A DNA stretch of 64,000 nt from Eledone cirrhosa (Eukaryota). Both the position numbers and the translations under genes were made by a program. The stretch covers positions 187,240,001 through 187,304,000 of the forward strand of contig OZ024743.1 of the NCBI GenBank assembly GCA_964016885.1. The letters run 5' to 3'. This document shows, one piece after another, positions 53,240-64,000 of this stretch; the first letter of the stretch is position 1, and each line of letters begins with the position of its first letter. The notes under the pieces were generated by a model, which was not told where the DNA came from, did no database searches, and was given only the letters and a program-made list of their open reading frames with translations.

Positions 53240-54880
53240 GGATTTGTTGCTGAAATGTTGAAAATATTTGGTGAAGCAACATATTCACTATTCATTGCTA
53301 GTCACTCACATAATCAATCAGGTAGCATTGTCAGTTGCTAAAAGGGTGAAAAAAATTACTCTATAAAAAGAAAATATTTACAAAGGTATCAAATTGATAG
53401 ACCCAGTTATGAATGCATCAGAAAAAGTTATAGAAGAGAAGTTCAATAGTTATTGCACAATCAGTAGCAAGTTCAAGACAGGGTGTCTGTAATAATTCCT
53501 TATGGACCTAGTTCACATAGCTGAATCAGTTGCAAAATTAGAGAAGCACTTCCATATGTAAATGTCTAAAAGTAAAATTAGCAAAGACAAATATTTCTGC
53601 TAGAAAGAATACAGAATTTTACTGCCATGTGGAATGTGACAATACTCAATATATGCAGAAAAATAGGAGTTAAAATCACAGACATGTTGACAAAGAAAAA
53701 AACGTCATATATGACATATGTATTAAAATATTTAGCAGTAAGTGTTTGTATGGATGTGGCAAGTAAAGGCCACCTCTAAAAAACCCTAGTTTTTGTGGGT
53801 TTAAAAAAGTGCCAGATTAGTGACTGATACAAATAAGAGAACCAAAACTGTAATATGGTGAGAAGTAACAAAGAGAATTATACCACATCGTCCTACACGT
53901 GGGTTAACAAGTGACAGTTTCAAGACTTAGGTAGAGGGGGCCTGTTCAAACAAGATATTGCAGTCTCCATTTCATGCTGTAAAAACTGGTGATGTGCTTG
54001 AAACCTGTCCTGAGAGGAATGGAATGGATGCACAAAGATTGGGTACCCCGAAACTCTGATTGGAACCTGGATCATTATGGGAAAGAATCACTGGACAGAT
54101 TTTTGGACAAACCAACCAGCAGGAGATGCAGGGGTAAATGGTTGCTTCTGACAGGACCAGCAGGAAAGTGTGTTTGAGGACTCTGCCCCAACAAGCTTCT
54201 CAGGAATAAGTGGTAGAAGAAGAAGAAGAAGAAGAAGAAGAAGAAGAAGAAGAAGAAGAAGAAGAAGAAGAAGAAGGAGAAGCAGCAGCAGCAGCAGCAG
54301 CAGCAGAGCAGCAGCTTGTATGGATTCTTTCAAATGCCCAGAAGGCTCACTAGTAATAGGTAACATCTTTCGTTATCTAGGGGACTTATTCAGCAATGTA
54401 GATAAGTGTTTGTAAAGCACAATAGCCAGACTAATGACAAAGTAGATAAAATTCAGGAAGCTGTTTATCATACTTATTGATAGCAAGACAATTTTCTCTT
54501 CTATGAAGAAAGGATTAAATGGTGCTGGTGTATGAAATTTGATATTGCATTGTAATGAAACATGCTTGAAGATGTGAAAAGACTGGAATGAAAGGAGGAA
54601 AATATATTCCAGGAGATATGTAATGGTAGTGAGCATGGATGATTAACAAATGAGCTTGGTATAAAACGAATTAGATGTTGTGTGCCAGAGAAGCACCTAA
54701 GCTAATATGTACATGTGAACCATATGAAGGATGCCAGTGGGGTGAAAAAAGTGGAAGGATTTTGCAGAGGATGTAATCCAAGAAAGATGTGGGAAAAGTA
54801 CTGAAGCCTGATTATCAGGAAGCTGAACTACATAAAAGAAATGACAAGCAATTGCAAGAGGTTATGAATCATTGTAAAGG
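53240..54880 (+). mobile_element. Heavily decayed older copy of the same RTE family, interrupted by a Rex3-like 3' end with (GAA)n
   Basis: VAEMLK, KGIKLIDPVM, FKTGC, SFKCPEGSL...FRYLGD correspond in order to 51154-52730. Confidence 0.6.
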
Positions 54881-54979
54881 ATAAGACTTGTCCAGCATAT
54901 ACAGGAATGGAAAAAAAGACCTAAAATGATAAGGATGATCATCATATATACATACACACATAAAATCTCACATGTACAC

Positions 54980-55010
<31 letters not shown>

Positions 55011-55012
55011 AC

Positions 55013-55207
55013 GGAAGAAATGTGGTAAGGAACCAGGTGGACCATAACGCACCAAAGTACTCAATACTTAGGGTAGTAGAGTGGATAATAGGAACGAGTA
55101 GGACCCCGGCGGCTGAGCTCAAGCCGTTTCGACGGCTAATTCTGGACGTCCAGAATTAGCCGTCGAAACGGCTTGAGCTCAGCCGTCGGGGTCCTACTCG
55201 TTCCTAT
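55013..55207. repeat. 120-bp near-perfect palindrome (55088-55207) from an inverted pLTR-like end
   Basis: No loop, axis at 55147/55148, single G-T mismatch (55109/55186); flanked by (TA)n. Confidence 0.9.
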
Positions 55208-55568
55208 ATATATATATATATATATACAGTGGCAGACTGGGTCTAAAAATATTGGTTGCCAGGAGATGAAGGTGGCCCACCTACATGCTATCATTTAAGT
55301 TTTATAATGAATAAATAACATTTTCGAAAAATACATAAGCGGAAACAAACAAGTGAAATCAAATTTTGCAGAAATATATCTTACCTTTTCCAATAAAAAA
55401 TAGTATGTATTTTGAGAATAGAGACTTCCAATAATTGTTTCTACTTTTGGCACAAGGCCAGCAATGACTCAGTGCACTACTGGTACTTTATTTTATCGAC
55501 CCCGTAAGGATGAAAGGCAAAGTTAACCTCGGCGGGATTTGAACTCAGAGACATTCAATAATGACCAG

Positions 55569-56060
55569 AAGTTTACCCAATATTACTAATAGCGCTAGGA
55601 AAGCAATGAACGACACCACATCTTCTTAACTTTGATTTTAAAAGTATAATTATCAATTTTCATTATGCTTCTGTAACTGTCTTGGTGGCCTAGTTGGAGG
55701 AATCATAGACGGTGGTGAACCTGGTCTGAAGTTCGATCCTGGGCAGGAGTAGGGTTCCCAGTAAACCTTTTCAATTTATTTTCTATAGGATGTAAAATAA
55801 ACACTGAAAAACGTTACATGTACCTCTTGACAAGGATTAAACCCAAGGACAGGATCTCTACCGTCTCTAGTACCTACCACTAGGCCACAGAGACAACTAC
55901 GAAAATCTTATGAAGATTCATACTTATAAACATACATTCAAAATTTTCAAAACAAAGTGTTGTGGTGTCGTTAATATCTTTCTGAGTGTTATTGCCCCTA
56001 CTTAAGGTCGACTTATAAAACATAAATTATATCCTCGTTTTGTTTCACATCTATCAAGAC
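55569..56060. mobile_element. Palindromic element with two convergent tRNA-like heads, copy 1
   Basis: A box tggcctagttgg 55686, B box gttcgatcc 55731; inverse boxes at 55834 and 55877; colinear with 60357-60845. Confidence 0.7.
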
Positions 56061-56282
56061 TATATTTTAACCTGTAATCCATGTTTAATGTCTGTGGCAC
56101 CTTATTCCCCCCCCTCTCTATCTCGCTCTCTTTCTCTCTGTTATATTTGAATCTACAATAATTTGGGCTTACTTTATTCATATATATATGTTTTGCATGT
56201 CAGATTCAAACTTACAATGATTGGCATTATATATATATATATATATATATAGGAAAAGAGGCAGGACCCCATATATATATAT

Positions 56283-56342
<60 letters not shown>

Positions 56343-56444
56343 ATGTGAAGTAATTCCGTCGGAAAGGTCCAGGAAAAAAAAAGTGCTCTATGTAGGTTAC
56401 AGAGCTTATTAGTTATGTAATAAACAACATAAGATAATTAATTA

Positions 56445-56503
56445 TTTCATTTACCAGTGTTTCGTGAAAGCAAACAAATTTGCTTTCATTCATCAGAATG
56501 AAA
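56445..56503 (-). ncRNA. Minimal hammerhead ribozyme (H3)
   Basis: Minus strand: tttcatt-CTGATGA-a.tgaaagcaaa.tttg.tttgctttca.c-GAAA-cactgg-TA-aatgaaa. Confidence 0.72.
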
Positions 56504-56671
56504 AAATCCTGGTGTATTTATTGAAAGTGGATTTGCAAAACGAAAATATAATAAATATGAAAGTGAGGCTGGAGAAAGAAGAAAAGGAGAAAAAGAATAA
56601 TAAATATAAAGGTATATAAACACACACGTACACACACACATATATATATATATACATATATATATACATAC

Positions 56672-56739
<68 letters not shown>

Positions 56740-57239
56740 ATACATACACATACACATAAATACACGAGCACATATATATATATATATATACACATTATAT
56801 ATACATATACATATATACACATACACATAAATACACAAGCACATATATATATATATATACACATACATACACACACATACATAGGCACACACATAAGATA
56901 TATATACCCACATACGCTATCACATACAAATAAAAATATAAAAATAAAAAAAAGGATTAAGGAAATAAAAATTATTATTGAGTTGGGAGCAATACAGAGG
57001 AGGAGAAAGGCACAAATAAAAATAAATAAATAAACAAACACACGTGGTAAGCAAATGCACAAAATATAATAAATATATATATATATATATACATATATAT
57101 ACATATATACATGCATACACATACAACATATATACACATACACAGAAAAATACACACACATAAATATATACAGTACAAACATATACACAGAAAAGTGTAT
57201 ATACAAATACATATACACGCACACATAAATACATACACT

Positions 57240-57285
<46 letters not shown>

Positions 57286-57289
<4 letters not shown>

Positions 57290-57690
57290 TAAGAGGAATT
57301 CCAACTTTGTCTGATTTACTCGTTTTATTTACAATCCTTTAAAATATATATAATGGTATTATAATGAAATAGTATGATAGAATATTAAATTCTAAGTGTT
57401 TTTCAACTATCACAGTTGAAAATTGCAAACTCGACTGTCACCACATATCATGAACCTGAAGATTGCGAAAGCATGAAAGTACTTGTTCAATTAACACTTA
57501 GAATTTAATATTCTATCATACTATTTCATTATAATACCATTATATATATTTTAAAGGATTGTAAATAAAACGAGTAAATCAGACAAAGTTGGAATTCCTC
57601 TTATTAATATAATCTTCTATACACAATCATACACACCCGTGTATATTTACCTATCTATATCTATATCTATCTATATATATATATATATAT
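57286..57690 (+). mobile_element. H1 pLTR-like unit with perfect 115-bp inverted arms
   Basis: 57286-57400 is the reverse complement of 57493-57607; 57611-57670 is an inverted copy of 12301-12352. Confidence 0.8.
57451..57489 (+). ncRNA. Minimal hammerhead ribozyme (H1), identical to 12521-12559
   Basis: tgaacctgaagattgcgaaagcatgaaagtacttgttca. Confidence 0.8.
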
Positions 57691-58323
57691 AGTAATAATA
57701 ATACATTTGAAGACTAAAATCCAAAGAGGGCTCGATAAGGATAAATATATATCAAATATATAAGAACCGTTAGAAGATCCCGTTAAGGGTGAAAGCAACG
57801 ATTCTTTGCTTACACTTTAATCTGTTATTTTAATAAATATATATATATATATATATACACATACATATATACATATACATACACACACATATATATATAA
57901 AAAAACATACACACACATATACACACATATACAATTCACATTCATACACATTGATACGCATGCATATACTCAGAATCACACGAATAAGAACATATATAAA
58001 AATGTAGGTGAATATACACATATCGAAAAACATATAAATACATTCACGTACACATATGCATGAGAAAAAATACATACAACCACATACACACATATATATA
58101 CAAATATACATACATACACACATACGCATAAGTACGTACACATACATACGCACGCACATACACACATATATATATATCTATATATACACATATACACACA
58201 TACACACATATATATATATACATACATATATATATATACATATACACACACATATATATATATATATATCTATATATACACATATACACACATACACACA
58301 CATATACATATATATATACATAC

Positions 58324-58361
<38 letters not shown>

Positions 58362-59462
58362 TGGCTGCCAACTCGTTTTCGAGTACGGCCACTACTTTAT
58401 ATCCGTGTAGGAGAACCCCTACCGATGCGCTGAACGAGTGTGACTTTTTAGTCCAGCCAGCGACTTGAAAACTCTGATACAAACACTACATTTGTGACAA
58501 TTATTGACACATAGTGCTGGGCCCATGGTACCATGTGACGACAAGTGCAGAGAGATCTCCAGACATAAAGCAATGCCTGTGCCGTGAAGCTTTTATAGTG
58601 AGCAAAGGCACTGCACAAAGCCAGTCCCACTCTCTTAACTAAGATGATATTTACCAAAAAGAACAAGTCAACATCATTGGATACAGGGTTGCAGGTGTTA
58701 TATCAGAGTTTTCCTTCTCCTAGAATTCTGCCTAGACAAAGGCTAAGGGGTCATCTCTCCCGGTGATTTTGGATGGCCATTGACTCTTAAGAGCTCCTTT
58801 GCCATTTGACAGGTTTTGTTTTTAGTCCTGCAGGATGTCCAAAGTCACCCTCCTCACCAAGAAACCTTGGTGGGGTTGCCAGTTTAGTCGCCAACGACCC
58901 GACCATGAGACAGGTTGTACTGGGATACATGTTACCAGTAGCACCAACTGTTGACCTGATATAAATATATATATATACACACATACATACACACATATAT
59001 ATATATATACATATATATAAATACATAAATACATATACATATAAAAATAAAAAAGGTGGAAGGGGTATTGAAATAGTTGGGAATACGACAAATAATAAAT
59101 AAAGGTATAAATGTTTATAGCTGATTTAAAGCACTCAACAGTTCCTGGAGCAAATAATCAATGAAAATAAACATGATATAACTCTGTAGGTAATAATGCA
59201 TGTACACACATATATATACATACACACACACAACCATATACATACAAATATATATATATAGGAAAAATAAATAACATAGGAAAGATAAGGGAGAAAAAGA
59301 ATATAAGAGTACCGAAAGTGAGTTCAGAGAGTAATATAAATCGTAGTGGATGTAAGGCGTAAAGAGCAAAGAAGTTCAAGGTGGTTGGGTCATCGTAGGA
59401 ATGTCAATTCAGTTACAGAGCAGATGTGATTTCAGGTGAGGACAACATCTGAAGATCTCGAC

Positions 59463-60081
59463 CGTTCCTTTGTCAGTGTTGAACAAACGAGCAACGATGG
59501 TTGCTAGACACTACGGCTTAATACGGGATGTTTGTTTACAAACACACCGAGCATTATAATAAATGTTCGGTGAATCCATACGTACATATATATATATGTG
59601 TGCATGTGTGTATATATATATACATACTACTGTACGTCTGTATACATATATGTATGTACGTGTACATACTTATATTTAAGTAACAGCCGTACTAAGAGTG
59701 GGAAATGAAATTTCGTTTCATTTTTTCCGTTTATCGTTTTCGGTGCACCCGGCCGATTAACCCACTCGATATGCAAATTGGGCTACTCAGCCGTTAATAT
59801 GCATAAGGTAAGTATATACGTTCAACAATCTGGCAGGAAGGTATACGTTGCTGACGATAGCTAATAAGCTTGAAACTAGTACAGCGTCCCTTTGTTAGTG
59901 TTGAACAAACGAGCAACGATGGTTGCTAGACACTACGGCTTAATACAGGATGTTTGTTTACAAACACACCGAGCATTATAATAAATGTTCGGTGAATCCA
60001 TACGTACATATATATATATATGTGTATATATATATACATACTACTGTACGTCTGTATACATATATTTATGTACGTGTACAT

Positions 60082-60085
<4 letters not shown>
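59463..60085 (+). mobile_element. Partial tandem pLTR/retrozyme-like unit (period ~422), family H4
   Basis: 59463-59668 is repeated at 59885-60085, with a hammerhead immediately before the second copy. Confidence 0.75.
59845..59887 (+). ncRNA. Minimal hammerhead ribozyme (H4)
   Basis: acgttg-CTGACGA-t.agct.aata.agct.t-GAAA-ctag-TA-cagcgt. Confidence 0.82.
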
Positions 60086-60127
<42 letters not shown>

Positions 60128-60173
60128 TAAAATAACAGATTAAAGTTTAAACAAAGAATCGCTGCTTTCACCC

Positions 60174-60257
<84 letters not shown>

Positions 60258-60356
60258 TACATACATATATTATTTGTTTGCTTGCTAAAATAATCAAAAT
60301 AAACTAATTCAACAGTTAAACACAGAGGAATACTGAGTTTGTTACAGAAGATTGAC

Positions 60357-60845
60357 AAGTCGACCCTAAATATTACCAATAGCTCTAGGAAAGCCATGAA
60401 CGACGCCACATCTTTTTAACTTTGATTTTGAAAGAAGGTTTATAATTATCAATTTTCATTATATTTTTATAGCTGTCTCGGTGGCCTAGATGGAGGAATC
60501 ATAGACAGTGGTGATCCTGGTCTGAAATTCGATCCTGATCGGGAGTAGTGTTCCTAGTAAACCTTTTCAATTTTTTTTTCTATGGGTTGTAAACAAAAAC
60601 TGAAAGAATTGAACCCAAGGACAGGATCTCCACCGTCACTGGTGCCTACCACTAAGTCGCAGAGACAACTTTGAAAATCTTTAAAAAATTCATACTTATT
60701 AACCTACTTTAAAAATTTTCAAAACAAAATGTTGTGGTGTTGTTCATGTCTTTCTTAATGTTATTGCTCCTACTTAAGGTCGACTTCTAAATCATTTGGG
60801 TGTTCCATAAATTACATCCTCGTTTTGTTTCACATCTATCTAGAC
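60357..60845. mobile_element. Palindromic element with two convergent tRNA-like heads, copy 2
   Basis: aagtcgacc 60357 / ggtcgactt 60778-60786; A box 60482, B-like box 60526; inverse boxes near 60607 and 60649. Confidence 0.7.
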
Positions 60846-63748
60846 TTTTATTGTGTTGTATCAGATGAAAGAATGGTATTTAACTAATGTATTGGTACGC
60901 AATGGGGCCCACCCACAGCCCCGGCGGACAGAATGGAGAAGGCGTTTCCCTGGAGGACGGCAAGGGAGACGCGCTGGAAAAGCCACTCCAACTCACGGGG
61001 CTCACACTTGCGGCTGGCCAGCTCAGCGCCTATGGTGGTAAGCACTGCCAGGGGAATGACCGCAAACCTGTCGGAGAGCGACCGATATTTGAGGAGTTTC
61101 GCCCCCTCAGCCCGACGTGCAGCAGGACCTGGGTCAGTCGCAGACTGCACCAGGTTGCGGCTGCAGAAAGTGTCGGTGCAAGTGGCATACCAGACGAGGG
61201 ATTTGCCACCGTGGAACGGGAAGATGGTCATGCCATCTGACCTTTTGGCGTCCCCTCGTCCAGCCCCACCGGCTCGAGCTGGGAAGGGAAGCCTGCAGCG
61301 TCCAAGCCATTTTTAATGACCTCGTTGAGGTCAGTATGGCGTGGAATGTGGCCGGCACTGTGGCGATAGGAAAGCGGCTGGAGGCCGAAATAGTCCACGG
61401 TGGAACCGCAGCGACATTGGTGTGGCTGGCAGATCCGGAGGCTGAGCCTCAGGGAAACGCCAATTCGCAGGCTATGGCTGTCTAGCTACATGCCAGTGGA
61501 GAAGGAGGGCACAGCATAGAGCCAGGCACCACTGTGGGTTTGGAGGCCGCACGAAAACAAGCAAAGCGGTGCTGGTCGAGCTGGCGCGTGAGCCTGTCTG
61601 AGGCCAGGCTGCACTGGATGGCATACCAAGTGCGTTGGGGGGACTTGACGTCAACAGGGGGGGGGGGGGGGGACGTCTACTCGGCTAAGTCCCAGCCGTT
61701 CCCACGTCTCACAGGCGGCCTCACGTTCTCTGAACACAGAGAGATATGTTGTGTTTTGAAGAACCCTGCTGACGAGGACGCGGCACGAGGTTACCGACGA
61801 AAGATACGCCGGCAAAGCTAGTGAGATCGGGGACCGGAGGCCTAGGCCTCCATACCTGACCGGTAAAGTGGCCTGTTGCCACCTTATGTCGTCAAACTTG
61901 ACGTTGCATATCCCCTCGCCTGCTGCTCGGATACAAGTATCGAGGTCAGCGAGGAGAGATGTCTGGGTGTAGCATGGAGCGCTGCGGAGTGTATAGAGGA
62001 CTTTCGGCATGGCGAAGCAGTTTCTCAGCAGAAAGAGAGCTGGGTGGCCGTCAATCAAGCCTAGTCGGCTCGTGAGAGTCTGGAGCTGTTGAAGCCTGGA
62101 CCTGATGGTGGAGTGGATGGCCGGCGGGTGGATCATCCTCTTTGGGAGTCACCTGAACCTGGCGGATAATGGACCGCACGTCCAAGACGGAGGCTGCAAA
62201 GCTCGCAGCATTGAGGCTAACGTTCACCACCTCTGACTTGGCCGAGTTGACCTGGAGGCCGATTCCCGCCAGGGCAGGAATCACCGATTGAAGGTCTTGG
62301 TAGATCGTCCGTACGGGCCCGCCCAAAGTAGCATCATCCAGATACCAAACGTTGAGAGGGACCGTGATACTCAGGGCGATGTGGTCAATACCAAGTGCGA
62401 ACAGGAGGGGTCCCAAAAGGTCGCCCTTTTGGACCCCAGTAGCGGAGGGTATGACCGTATCAGCAGCTAGGAGCATGCTCGGGGCTCCATATGACAGGTA
62501 GGCCAGCCAGTATGCAGAGGGGCCTCGAGCAGATGATCCCGGATTAAAGAGTTAAAGGCATTCCGCATGTCAAGCTTGACAATGAGGTGCCTGGAGTCCC
62601 TGGATGCCGGTACCAAAGGGCAGCTGCTGAAGAACTGCCTGATTGCATGAGAGGCTCCCTCACAGCCAGCAGACACACCGACACCCAGTTGGACTGGACT
62701 AAACTCCTCACCCAGTTCGTGTGTGACGGACTTGCAGATCACCTTGGCAGCCAGCCTCCGGAAGACATTGCCCACAGCAATGGGGCATATTCCACCCTCT
62801 TTCTTCCTGAGAGCGGTGAGGCTGGCTGAAAAAAAGAGACCTCGGGCGTAAGGGTCGAGGGCACCATGAACGAGCCTATTGGTGAGCGCTACAATTGCAC
62901 TCAGAAGGCGGCGCCCGGCCTCAGCGGAGAGGGGGATGTCAACTCCTTGAGGTGGTCTGGTCGGAGACCATCAACACCTCCGCAGCTGCTAGCTGGGAAG
63001 GACTTGATGGCGGACATAATATCTGCATCAGTAGCCACAAGGAGCAGGTGGGGGTCGTTTGGGCGTATGGGTCTGAGATCAGTGGGTGGCTCAGAGTGTT
63101 TGAGCCGCAGAGCAGCCAGGTCCTCGGTGAGTTGGAGGACAGTGTCCTCTGAGGGAACAACTCTGACTGCGGCCGAGACATCACCCATGATAAGCTTTGC
63201 GTTTACCTGGTCACGTAAACGCTTGGCGGTGGCCTCGGGGGTGGGGGATAGGGGGTATCTGAGGGTGGGGTGTGTGGCGTCCTTGGACACGCTTGGAATG
63301 GGCGCTCGCACAAATGATGAGACATTGGCCTTGACAAAGGCTTCTGTTGACCGGCCGCCCCGGTCAGCGCCAGAGCTGGGGAGGCCGAGGGCGAGTGGGG
63401 CGAAATAGAACAGCCACTCCCAGTCACTGGCTCGATTGGAGTCCAGGGCGCTCTCAATCGAGGAAGTGAGGGCATCGGCTACCGGCACACCTGCCGCTCT
63501 CGGGATCCTGAGTGGGATCTTCCAGAGCCGCCTGAGCCGAGCGATGTTGACCAGCGAGACTCGGGCATCAGGCAAGCTCGCTGTCCCATCTGGTGGTGTA
63601 CCAGAAAGCCGTGGCTGGGAAGACGTGGGGAAGAGGCAGCTCCTGCACCTCTACACTGCGAGGGCATTGGAAGCTCAACGAGTCAAGCCAACGCAGGTGA
63701 GGTGGTGGAAGCAGTTGCATCCCAAACAGTTCCGGCCCCTCTTCCGTA
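60846..63748 (-). mobile_element. CRE-clade non-LTR retrotransposon, decayed (PHD, RT, RLE)
   Basis: GGVDGLRPDHL; FRRLAAK; QLGVG..GCE; KLDMRNAFNS; GVQKGDLLGPLLF; WYLDD; LPVRYGGLGL; CRC..RH; RSDG..VW.ATC; AEGAKLLKY; LFQRVSLAVLQGNA; AATAAA at the 3' end; many frameshifts. Confidence 0.88.
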
Positions 63749-64000
63749 CACATATGTATTCATTATATATATGTTTATATATAACTATAGCCTTATATAT
63801 AAATATCTACACATACACATACTTATTATTTTGAATCAATAGCCATACTAAATCTATTATAATACATACCTTAAATAAACCACCAACTGTTAATTACTTG
63901 CATTGATGAAAATATGAATGGGAAGATGTATTAGCAACAGAAACTGTATTTCTATTGCTATGTATTTCAGTGGTGGCATCACTGTACATTTAGTGTACTT

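Larger units (their letters stand above)
56610..58359. repeat. Compound (TA)/(CA)/(TACA) microsatellite field with embedded PLE-like units
   Basis: Direct inspection; source of the many spurious YI/CV-rich ORFs. Confidence 0.9.

Noticed and set aside
57755-57838. Hammerhead-like aagaaccgtt-agaaga-tcccgttaagggt-gaaa, with a partial inverted copy at 60121-60176
   Set aside because: Lacks CUG and has no stem III or NUH site; at most a decayed remnant
56221-58482. Many overlapping ORFs rich in Y/I/C/V/H/T
   Set aside because: Translations of (TA)/(CA) microsatellites; the same applies to the ORFs at 2576, 9791, 12135, 24750, 34869, 46871 and 54088
58360-58958. GC-richer island resembling a LINE 5' UTR, possibly with an HDV-like ribozyme, on the minus strand
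   Set aside because: No linked ORF, and I could not build the nested double pseudoknot by eye; it needs a covariance-model search

Overview
AT-rich, microsatellite-laden eukaryotic DNA with no recognisable host gene. The repeat types (tRNA/CORE SINEs with RTE tails, (TA)n/(CAT)n/(AAT)n fields) suggest a coleoid cephalopod such as Octopus; this is an inference. The window is almost entirely retroelements. (1) An (AAT)n landing pad at 36.3-45.3 kb, where the tail of a Rex3/Expander-like RTE hosts an R4/Dong element, a full-length near-intact L1-Tx1 element and a truncated second Tx1 copy. (2) An RTE LINE (51.2-53.1 kb) with a PHD-like finger inside ORF2, plus its partner SINEs. (3) A decayed CRE-clade element (60.8-63.7 kb) with an N-terminal PHD finger. 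(4) Many Penelope-type pseudo-LTR/retrozyme-like units in tandem and inverted arrangements. They carry seven minimal type-I hammerhead ribozymes from four sequence families, plus variant or partial ones; one is a non-coding 316-nt-period array at 47.8-49.0 kb. (5) A two-copy ~450-bp palindromic element with two convergent tRNA-like Pol III heads. (6) Mariner MITEs and several foldback repeats. Most ORFs in the supplied track are microsatellite or antisense artefacts. All alignments and folds were done by eye, so boundaries of old repeats are approximate.
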